DNA of 64,000 nucleotides from assembly GCF_036321535.1 (NCBI RefSeq), contig NC_087437.1, forward strand, positions 52,764,001-52,828,000, read 5' to 3'. This DNA comes from Camelus dromedarius (lineage: Eukaryota). Positions 54,241 through 64,000 of this stretch are shown here, in pieces. Below the pieces are notes generated by a model, which was not told the DNA's origin, made no database searches, and saw nothing but the letters and a program-made list of their open reading frames with translations. Each line of letters opens with the position of its first letter. The first letter of the stretch is position 1. The position numbers were made by a program, and so were the translations under genes.

Positions 54241-54622
54241 CATAGACTTGTGGGTTTTTTTTCAGTCAGCTCTTAGAATATGCATGTCATAGTACTACAC
54301 TTCATCAAGGTGTGAGAGCAATCATGTTATGTCACACCCAGTCCTTTTGTAACCACAGTTTCACTCTCACTTCCTTTAAAGCATCTATACTTGCTTTCTT
54401 TACTCCTTAGCTCCCAATTTCTCAACCAGGTGGAGCTTCAAACACAAGAGGTCCAGTTCTGAGCTCATTTGCCCCTGAGCCCCACTCCTGCTCCTCCTCC
54501 TTTTAGTCCTTTTTCTTCCTCATTCTCCCTTTGCCCACATCCAATCACAAAGACCTTCTCCTTTCACCTCGTAAAAATCTTTCACTTCAACCTCTCCCCA
54601 TTGTTACTGCCTCCACAGGTTG

Positions 54623-55032
54623 CCAGGGCTGCTAAGACAAAGTATCACAAAGTGGTTGATTAACCAACTATCGTCTCACAGTTCTGGAGGCTGGAAGTCC
54701 AAGTCAGGATGTTGGCAGGGTTGGTTCCTTCTGAGGGCTGTGAGGGAAGGATCTGTTCCAGACCTCCCTCCTTGGCTTGTAGACAGCCATCTTCATGTTC
54801 ACGTGGCCTTCTCCTTGTATCTTCACATTGTCTTCCCTCTGTATTGATCTCTGGGTTCAAATTTCCCCTTCATATAAGGAAGCAGTCACAGTGGATTAGG
54901 CACACTCTAATGATCTCACTTTAGCTTGATTTCCTCTGTATATATTCTCTCTCCAAATAAGGTCACATTCGGAGTTACTAGGAGTTAGGACTTCATATGA
55001 ATTTTTGAAGGGACACTATCCAACCCAAAACA
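54623..55032 (-). mobile_element. MaLR LTR (MLT1C-like)
   Basis: gccagggctgc...ctcacagttctggaggctggaagtcc...ttctgagggctgtgagggaaggatctg...caacccaaaaca. Confidence 0.85.
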
Positions 55033-55783
55033 CTGCCTGCATTTAAGCCTTTGTCATTTCTCACCTGTATCATTTCTTTAGTCTCCTTAGTAGAGTCCCT
55101 ATGCTTCCAGCATTGTCTTGTTTCAATCCATCCTCCACTCTGCTGCCAAAGGATCACTTAAAACCTGCTGTGGCTGCCAGGATAAATACAAGCTCCTTGC
55201 CATGCCTTCCAAACCTTTGTGTTCTGGCTTCTGCCATTCTTCCCAGTCTTACTTCCTGCTGTTCATATAGCATTGTTGCAACTATCATGAGCCCTGCGTC
55301 ATGACTGCCAACTTGACTATGTGTGGTTCCTCCTGCTTTCCCACTCCTCCTGGTTGAATAACTCTTCAGCTCCAGCATCACCTCTTCTGAAAAGCTTTCC
55401 CTAACACTCCCATTCTGGGTTCTGCATCTTTCCTCCAGGACCCGTGTCCCCTCTGCGTGCCTCTCTGCTGAACTTTTACTTTCTAGTTGATCTCCCCTAC
55501 CAGGGCTTCTAGTTCAATGTCTAGTACGCCTAAGGCACTCAATACATATTTGCTGAACACATGAGTGAGTGAATGAATGAATCCTCACTTAGAAAATCGC
55601 TGCATCAGAGAGAGTAAGCTAGATGGTGATAACACAAGTTTTACAAGGGAGGGGCAAAACTGGAAGTGTGATAATCAGATGTGCTTTATAATTCTCACAC
55701 TCAAACAGAAGCTGCATTTCAGCTGCTGACGCTGCTCAGAAGAAAGTTCTGCTGGTCCACTGACTCTTTCTTTGTTCAGTAAC

Positions 55784-55823
55784 ATGACCAGCAAGAAAAT
55801 AATTGCAGCGTTTGGAGCAACAG
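55784..55823 (+). pseudogene. NMRAL2P: NmrA-like (NMRAL2/NMRAL2P orthologue) first coding exon, MTSKKIIAAFGAT-G
   Basis: Pyrimidine tract and CAG acceptor ending 55779, ATG at 55784, start of the Rossmann FGATG motif, phase-1 donor ACAG|GTGAAA; 40 coding nt as I recall for NMRAL1; human NMRAL2P neighbours TRA2B. Confidence 0.85.
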
Positions 55824-56897
55824 GTGAAAAATGTCTTACTTTTAGAGTGCATGCTGATTTTGCTTACTTTCTTGTCTTCCTGTTATAACTTCAGAGCCTG
55901 CAAACATGGGCTGAACAAAGAGCTCTTTGTAAGAAATTAAGAAAAATATAATTTTCTTGAGTTTCTGATGTGGTAAAGGGGCAGGGTGATTTGACTGGAG
56001 TCGTCAGAAATGATCTCAGTGGGACAAGGACAACTGACATATTCTCTCCTTCTCCATCATGTGCTGATTTGTTGGTGTAAGTTTCATTTCAACAGAAGCT
56101 ATATTCTGGAGACTTTTCACTTTCTGACAAGAAAAAGGGGCAAGTGTGAGAGCCTGAGGGGCACGTAGGGGATATTGCCATGCTTGACCAGTACTCTGGC
56201 AACTCTGAGAGGATGGAGAGGGTGAGGATTAGGAGCTTGTGCAGAGGGACTTCTCTCACTCAACAGCTGCCTGAGCCTTTAACTGGCATTTCTGCTTCCA
56301 CCTCCCTTCCTCACAATCTGCTCTTCAACAGCCAGAACTTTGCATCTTTGCAAAGTGTTGTTCCAATTGGGTCACTCTCCTGCAGTCTGTTCTCATTTCT
56401 GCCTCTTGATGATCTGTTTGAAACTGTCAGATCATGTCATGCCTCTGCTCAAAACCCACCAAAAGCCACCCCCTTCATCCCACTCCAAGTAAAATGCAAA
56501 GGCCAGCTAATGGCCTGCAAGACCCCACTCACATCTCCTACCCTCTTCCTCATGTCCTCTGTGTGCTCCTTATACACACTTCTACCTTAAGGCCTTTGCA
56601 TTGGTTGCTTCCTCAACCTAGAATAATCTTCCTCCAGTTACTCACAATGCTTTCTCCTTCATGTCTTCCAAGCCAAATGTTGCCCTCTCCGTGAGCACTT
56701 TCCAGACCTCTCTACTTGAAATTGAAACACTTCTCCACCATGCCGCTATCTGACTCCCCTCCCTGCTTGATTTCTTCCATTACTGTCTGTATCTCCACAC
56801 CAGAATAGAAGCTTTATGAGGACAGGGATTTTGTCCAAGGGAGGCAAGGCTAAAGCAGGGAGAAGAGAGAAACAAATTCTCAAAAGTGAACAGCCAG

Positions 56898-57082
56898 GCG
56901 AGGGAGGGTATAGCTCAGTGGTAGAGTGAGTGCTTAGCAGGCACGAGGTCCTGGGTTCAACCCCCAGCACTGCCATTAAAACAAACAAACAAACAAATAA
57001 ATAAATACACCTAATTACCTCCCTTGCCAAAATAAACCAAAAAAAACCCCACAAAAATAATTTTAAAAAACAGTTTAAAAAA
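56898..57082 (+). mobile_element. tRNA-derived SINE (Vic-1-like) in NMRAL2P intron
   Basis: gggtatagctcagtggtagag...ctgggttcaacccccagcac; ctaattacctccc tail. Confidence 0.9.
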
Positions 57083-57351
57083 CTCCAATGGCCAGGTATG
57101 ATTTAGAGGGGAAGAGAAAGGCAATGGGATAAGGGGATAATTGTATAAGGCATTAGGGTGATGGTGAATATGCTGGTTTCTCCTGAAAGAGATGAGGAGC
57201 CATTGAAGGATTTTAAGCAGAGTTGTGACATGATAAGACTTGGTGTTAAAAGATTCATTTTAGCTCTTGCTTTGTGAAGAGACTGTAGGGGGCAAGGAAT
57301 AAGCAGGGAGGCCTCTTATGGGGCTATTGCCTTAAACAGGCAAGATGACAG

Positions 57352-57887
57352 TGGACCCAAGGGAAGAGGGCAGGGCACAAGCATTAGAAGAATGACACAG
57401 CAGCAACTGAGGACAGGATAAATCAGTTAGAACCAACTAGGCCCAAGATGGCAGAAGACTCAACTCCCAGTAGACCTTGAGCCTCGTTATACAGTCACTG
57501 TAGTACTTAACATGCTAAATGACACGCCCACAGGTGCCAGGACAGTTCCCAGACTGACCATAAAAGACCAAAAAGTGGGCAGAGACCCAAGTCCTGGAAA
57601 TCCCTGCCCCTTCACCAAACAGTTGGAATAATCCTCCCACTTGTTAGCATATGAAATTACCCAGTTCATAAAATCTAACCACCCCCACACCTTGGGGCAG
57701 TTCTCCCTTCTGAGAGGACTGCATTTTACATATGGAATGTGTATCTCCTAGCGTCGCTCTCCCTTCTGAGACAGGCTGTATTCTGCCTATGGAATGTGTA
57801 TCTCTCTACATAAACTTGCTTTCACTTCACTATGGTTTGCTCTTGAATTCTTTCCTGTGTGAGACCAGAATCTACTCTCTGGTAACA
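57352..57887 (+). mobile_element. ERV1 solo LTR (MER41-like) inserted in an antisense L2
   Basis: TG...CA termini; 4-bp TSD-like ACAG/ATAG; L2 text resumes after the insertion (gatga(c/t)agtgg...cttggacc); internal tandem repeat ggaatgtgtatctc. Confidence 0.75.
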
Positions 57888-59045
57888 ATAGTGGCTTGGA
57901 CCAGGGTGGTAGCAATGAGGAGGTGGGGAGTGGTCAGATTCTGCATGTGTTTTTAAGAGAGTTGACAGGGTTTCCTGATGGAACAGACATCAGAAATTAG
58001 AAGAGATGGGCAGAGTGACTCCTAGGTGTTCTGGCTAGAGAAACTGGGAGAAAGAATAAAGTTGTAATTCACTGAAATGGGAAAGACTGTGAGGGGAGCA
58101 GGTCAAGGAAGGTCAGGAGCTTCATTTCAGTCTCCTTATACTTGAGTTACTGCATAGGCATCCAGAGTAGGAGGTTGGATAATAGCCTTGGGAGTGGCTC
58201 CTAAAGGAACCAGGTTTGACGTGGCAGAGTTGAAGAAAGTTGATCCATAGTTAGCTAAGAAGGTGCGCTGATTGCTTTACTGCCCCATTCTTGTCCTTAG
58301 TTCAGTAACCTTGGAGGGCTGGGTGTGTTTGGGCATTTGAAGGAGGGTTGCCAGATTTAGCAGACATCAGATGCCCAATTAAATTTGACGGAGAATGTGT
58401 TAACCCTTACCTGTGTGTGTGTTTGTATGTTAAACTCTCGAGCAGTGTCTCCAGTGCCTGCCATTCAAATGCTCCTCTCAACATGGTCTCATCTGGAAGG
58501 GAACTGGGTCCAAGAGGACAGAAAGAGCAAGGTGGGTCTGGAACAACGAGTATGACAAGAATGGATGCTTTGGGGGCTGCTTTCCCAAGCTCATAGGTTT
58601 ATGGGTGTGTCCTGCTAGTTTAAAGGAACAGGGCCAAGGTAGATGCATTCTTCTCCTGGTTTGAGTCTTAGTGAAATATGAAATATTAAAGTGGGAATGG
58701 TGAAGGGAGCCAGTCCTAGTTTTGGTCCAGTTTTGGTTAGGAGAGCCAGTTCTATTTTTTCACACTGGTCCACGTCATTGGCTTCTCCATCTCACATGGG
58801 TCCAGGCAGGACCGTCCACCTCCAAAGCTGAGAATGGAGAGCACAGAGGTTTCATTCTTTCCACTTCATTATTTCATTCATTTATGTATTCATTCAATAA
58901 ATAGATACTGAAACCTTACAAGATGCCAGGCATTAGTCTCAGAATGTGGTTGGCAAACAGGAATAAAGGGTAAACAGTTTTAGTCTTCAAGGAGAGCCTT
59001 GTTTAGGTTATGGTATGGTTATAAGGAAATAATTACAACAGTCAA

Positions 59046-59441
59046 TGTTATGGGTTGAATTGTGTCCCCCCCAAATTCCTATGTCGAAGCCCTCATCCCT
59101 CATACCTCTGAATATTTGCAGACAGGGCCTTTAAAAAGGTGAGTAAGTTAAAGTGAGGCCGTGGGAGTAAGCCACAATCCAATGTGACTGGTATTTTCGT
59201 AAGAAGAGGAAATTTTGACACGGAGACGTGAGGGGCTAGTGTGCACGCAGGAGAGACCACATGAAGACACAATGAGAAACCTCTCTATTTACAATCCAAG
59301 GAGAGAGGCCTCAGGAGAAACCAAACCTGCCAACACCTTGATTATGGACTTCTGGCCTCCAGAACTGTGAGAAATATGTTTTGGTTGTTTAAGCTGCCAA
59401 TCTTTGGAGTTTTGCTAAGGCAGCCCTAGCAAAGTGACATA
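59046..59441 (+). mobile_element. MaLR LTR (MLT1B-like)
   Basis: tgttatgggttgaattgtgtcccccc...ggacttctggcctccagaactgtgaga...ggcagccctagcaaa. Confidence 0.88.
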
Positions 59442-60726
59442 GTCAACAAATATTTTTTATTGAATTTTGATTTTTACAGATAAAATAGGCAGAAGTAGTG
59501 CTTTTTTTTTTTTTTTAAGAAAGCAAACAAGGATTTATTAAGTGATAGATTGTACCCTCTCAGGGGGAGAGTGGGCAGACCAGATCCAGGTGGCAAGCTG
59601 GTTAGATGGGGTGTAAAAGTGACCCTCACGGTGTGCTTGTACCTGGCATAGGAGGGGTGGTAGCAAGGACTCCCCCACAAATTAAGGTTATTCTGAGAGT
59701 GAAATGGGAAGAACAGAAATGTAATGAGGATTGTTAGACTTCTGGCAGAGAATTCGGGGATAAATTAGTCATAAGTACTAGGAAAAGAACAAAGCAAAGA
59801 AGCAAATAAACCCACAATGATTAACTCCAGAGAAAATGAAAATTTGTAGAAAAAGTAAATATAACCAGAGAAAATCACATGGCTCAGCTTAGCTATGTGA
59901 GCACTGATTACTGATGTGGCCCCAAATTAGGATATTCTGAGAAGGAAAAAAGGGAATTGTGTGTGTGGGTGATGTGATGGTGGTGGTGGGCTCTGTGTGT
60001 GTGTGTGAATTTGACAGAGAGAGTGCTGAAGATGAGGGCTCATCTTCATCTTTCATGCTAGAAATTTAGTAGATGATATCTTAAACTGAAAAAAAAAAGA
60101 ATTAGCAGCGTAAACATGTTATTGAGAAATAAAGAAACAGCTGAAAGAGACGAAAGGGGTCATTTCTGAAGAACAGTTATCAGCGCAGGGGAGCAGGGAG
60201 CTTCTTCGTCATGAGAAGATCTACTCCTTCCCCCCAAGACAGTACTATCTGAAAGTTATATATGTATAAATCAGAAAAATATAAAGATTAGATTTTTAAA
60301 ATTTAATGGATAGAATCAGACTCTTGCAGAAATGGTACAATTCAAAAAAATTAAAACCAGGATTGAACCATTTTAGGAATGCCTGCTAAGTTAATTATAC
60401 CCTTTAGAGCTTGTCGGTTAGTGATAAACTTTGGAAGGGCTTGTTTTAGGAACTCGGGGTTCTAACTTTGATCTTCACTCACTACGGAACATAGGGGTAC
60501 CAGTCACTTCTCTGCTTCACTTTCTCCATATACTAAGCCAGATTAACTGTCTTCTCTGCCTGCCACATAGGGTTTTGTAAGGAAAAGAAAGAAGGAAACA
60601 GTGAAAAGAAAGGAAAAAAAAAAGAGTGAGAGAGACAGAGACACAGAGAAACAGAGGGAGAGAGAGGGAGACGAAAGATGAAGTGCTTGGAAAATTTGGA
60701 ACTAAAAACACAACCAAGAGAATATA

Positions 60727-60730
<4 letters not shown>

Positions 60731-60762
<32 letters not shown>
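60731..60762. repeat. (TG)n microsatellite
   Basis: Direct observation. Confidence 0.95.
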
Positions 60763-60765
<3 letters not shown>

Positions 60766-61121
60766 CTCCCTCCATTATGCCCTCAATATCCAAATGGTGT
60801 GCATATATCTGTTACCAGAAAATATTATACACTGTTTTCTGAGGTATCCCTGAGGATAGTTGAGGGTAGTTAACAAAAAGTTACTGAGTCCAGGAGAAGG
60901 GGCCAAATGTTCCTGACTGTTCCCACCAGGTTACCAGCGGAGCCTCTGCTCACTGATACTCGGCCTCTCACATGATAACCTGAATATATTTCGATGCTGG
61001 AAGAGCTCCCTCTCCAAGGAGGACAGTAAGCAAAGAAGGGGGTGCAGGGGACCCAGCACCTGCCCTCCAGTCTGTCTGCAAATTCAGCCGTCTCTCTAAG
61101 GCGTCTCCATTTGCCCCTTAG

Positions 61122-61320
61122 GGAAAGCTGGTGGCCGATGCGGCCAAGCTCCTGGGCCTGAAGTCCGTGGTATTCACGGGTTTGACGGGAAGGGAGAGGC
61201 AGTGGTGTATTTCTGGTCCATCGGTGTTCCTATGACCAGCGTCCACGTGCCCTTACTTTGAAAAGTTTCTCAGCCTCTGGAGGCCGGCGAAAGCCTCTGA
61301 TGGAGATGACTACACCTTGG
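61122..61320 (+). pseudogene. NMRAL2P: NmrA-like (NMRAL2) internal exon, disabled
   Basis: TAG acceptor ending 61121, donor TTGG|GTAAAC; three NmrA-family blocks GKLVADAAKLLGLKSVVFTG / FDGKGEAVVYFWSIGVPMTSVHVP / YFEKFLSLWRPAKASDGDDYTL, with the middle block out of frame; in-frame TGA at 61233-35. Confidence 0.88.
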
Positions 61321-62269
61321 GTAAACGGAAGGTTGCTGCGAAAGTTAACCAGACACCTGCTGTCCTCTCTGCCACTCCCCTCCCTCCTCTTTCCTCTCCT
61401 CCTCTCTTCGGTGAACACACACCATCTGCTTGCCTGCTGTCTGCTCCGCTCTGTGCAAAGTGCTGAGAGGGATACCACTTTGTCCTAACTTCCCAGAGAG
61501 CTGCATCTCCGGCTGGAAGCACAAAGGATTACACTCCCAGTCTTGTCGTACTGAGCTTCTCCTAGGAGTAGTGGGCCATGTGACCTCCAGACTGAGTTTT
61601 CTACCGTCGAATGGGAAAGTTGGACAAACTTCCCCTTTGAGCTTATCTATCAAGCGTTCTCCTCTTGATCTGGGTCCCGGGGGTGGGGGGTGACCCTGAC
61701 TCCCTGGGGATAGGTTTCCAGCCCTGCCTGCAGAGTCTGAGTCCATAACTGAGCCTGGAAGACTGCAGTTTTAACAACGACTCCTGGTAATGCCAATGCT
61801 GCCAATCCACTGGCCAGCCTTCCCCTGCCCTTTGGGGACATTTCTTTGCCCACAGTATGAGGTGGCTCTGAAGAATGGAGGGAATATGGGAGAATCAGTG
61901 GCAGCAGGTCAGTTTTCCTTCCTCGGCACATAATTAAGACTCACCAGGGGTCTGACTAGTGGCAAAGTAGACCTGAGCTAGAGCCTGGAGCACCTGCCAC
62001 ACATCACAGACGACTTGGGTAACAGTTCAACAAGTGACCAAATAAATGTATAAATGTATAAATGTGATGCCTCTCTTCAATCCCCTTTCTTCCTATGACA
62101 CCACCTGATGTTTCCCAGGTCTTGAACCAGACCGTTGTAATCTGTGGGTCACATTGGCCTGGGTGAAGAGGCGATGTCTTAAACTTTTGCTGGTACCCAG
62201 CCCCATTTGGAGTCTGCAAACCTGTAAAACCTAGCCTCAGATATCCCTGAGCCTCATCCTGCCCTAAAG

Positions 62270-62430
62270 GAATAGCTGACATTTACTAAGTACTCACTGA
62301 GTGTTTGGCATCCATTTTACAGATGAGGAAACTGAGGCACAGATAGATTAACTTTCCCAAGATCACTAATCAGGCACAACCAGGACTTGAACATAGTCTG
62401 GCTCCAGAATCATATATCTTTTTAACCACT
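62270..62430 (-). mobile_element. MIR SINE
   Basis: ccattttacagatgaggaaactgaggcacaga core. Confidence 0.85.
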
Positions 62431-62994
62431 GTCCCTTAGCTGCTTTTAAACTCAGCTCAAGAAACTTGACGTTCAGATAAAAACAAACCTCAAAGTCAGA
62501 ACAAACTTGACTCTGAGTGCCTCAAAAAACTCAAACTACTTTACAAATAGAAATTACAATTATAATTTAAGCAGAGGAATGAGCAGGTATTTTGCCTACT
62601 AAGAAACTCAGACAGGAAGTTAATTTTGCTTCAAAAGACAAAATATGATATTTAGTCGCTGGCTGCTAAGCCTGAAGTCACTTTTACACTGGATTGAAAT
62701 TCAGAGACCTTGATTCTTGTCCTGGCCTGTTATGGGTGAGTCAATAGACTTAGTTTCTTCAGTTAAAAAATGAGATTTCTGTGGCAAGACCATGTCCACG
62801 TTGGGTTCCAGACTCCTGACTCTGGGCTGCTGGGACTCTGTGAGAGGCTGCAGGAATGGCACAGGCTGTGGAGTGATGGATGAGGGTTTGAACCCCCTTC
62901 TGCTGCTTTCTTGCTGAGTAACCTCAGGCAAGTACCTGATATTTCTATGTTCCCAGGTTGCTTTGAGGATCAAACCAGCCAATGTATTTGCTTG

Positions 62995-64000
62995 TTCATT
63001 CATTCATTCATTCATTCAATACATATTTGAGGGCCTATCATGTGCTAGTCACTTACTAGGGAATCAGTAATAAAGAGCTCAAAACAGACAAGGCTCTGCT
63101 CTCACGAAGCTCATAGTCTGGGGGAGAAACTGGATAATAAACACAACAGACAAGTAAAATTTATTGTATGTTAAAGGTGGTAAGCAAGTGCTCTAGAAAA
63201 AAATCAGGCAGAGTAAGGTATGCGTGGAGTGCCAGCAGTCAGGGGGTGGTGGGTGGAATTTAAATGAGGTGATGGGTGGGCCTCTTTGAGAAGGTGACAT
63301 CTGAGCAACCTCTGATGGAGGTAAATAATGGGCTTTGTGAATGTTCAGGAGAGCTTTCCAGGCAGAGAGAACAGCCAGTGTGGCTGAAACAGAGCAAGTT
63401 GGGGGTTTGAGGGGAGGGGAGGGTAGCAGGAGGCAAGGCCATAGCTAATAGAGGGTCTGATCCTGTAAGCTACTGGCTTTTCTTCTGAGAGACACAGGGA
63501 GCCATTGGAGGGTACTGGGCAGATATGACATGAATTGACTTCAGTTTTTTACAGAATCACCACAACTTCTGTGTTGAAAAGAGCCTATGGAAGGGCAAGA
63601 GTGGAAACAAGGAAACCGACTCTGCAATAATCCAAGTCAGAGATGACAGTGGCTTGGATCATGGTGGTAGTGGGGGAGATGGTGAGAAGTTGTCAGATTC
63701 TGGAAATACTAGGAGTAGGACTCCCCCCCCACCACCAAAAAAAGAATATGGGTGGGAGAGAAATGTCAAAGCTGATTCCAAGGTTTCTGACTTGAGAAAG
63801 TGGAATGATGAAGTTGCCATTAACCGAGATGGGGAAGTCCATAGTGGGAGCAGGTTGTGTAGAAATTCCTCTTGGAGAACGTTAAGTTTAAAATGTCTAT
63901 TAAATAGTTAAGTAAGGATGTTGGGTAAAAAGTTGGACATATGAGTCTGGAGTTAAGCAGAGATGTCTGGGTTAGAGATACAATTAATGGTACTTTGCAC
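62995..64000 (-). mobile_element. L2 3' region (antisense)
   Basis: (TCAT)n terminus, then atatttgagggcctatcatgtgc...gagaaggtgacatctgagca...gagatgacagtggcttgga. Confidence 0.85.

Noticed and set aside
58520..58560. EQGGS peptide as the missing NMRAL2 exon (AQGGSV)
   Set aside because: No pyrimidine-tract acceptor and no similarity beyond a few residues.
61230..61931. Overlapping ORFs on both strands near the NMRAL2P exon
   Set aside because: Off-frame or antisense by-products of GC-rich sequence; the homologous signal is the broken plus-strand exon.
1..64000. CRISPR arrays, operons or prokaryotic defence systems
   Set aside because: The sequence is clearly mammalian, with spliceosomal introns and mammalian TEs; no repeat-spacer arrays were seen.

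Overview
Mammalian genomic DNA, probably camelid (alpaca/llama/camel), judged from recurrent tRNA-derived Vic-1-like SINEs and a camelid-type L1 3' end. The main feature is a complete TRA2B gene on the minus strand: a CpG-island promoter near 40.1 kb, nine coding exons totalling 867 nt (288 aa plus stop, all GT-AG), the 276-nt GAA-rich poison exon at 33574-33849 and 3' UTR poly(A) signals near 20.4 and 19.8 kb. On the plus strand, divergent from TRA2B, are remnants of an NmrA-like gene at the position of human NMRAL2P: an intact-looking first coding exon (55784-55823), no recognisable second coding exon, and a third coding exon (61122-61320) with two frame-compensating deletions and a stop between them. 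The rest is mostly old L1, L2, MIR, MaLR/ERVL/ERV1 LTRs, an ERVL pol remnant, hAT fossils and SINEs. I found no convincing new biological system. The best leads are the apparently independent NMRAL2 inactivation, an NRF2-type motif carried by an LTR inside that locus, and candidate extra poison exons in TRA2B intron 1. Gene and repeat names come from recall, not database searches, and repeat boundaries are approximate.
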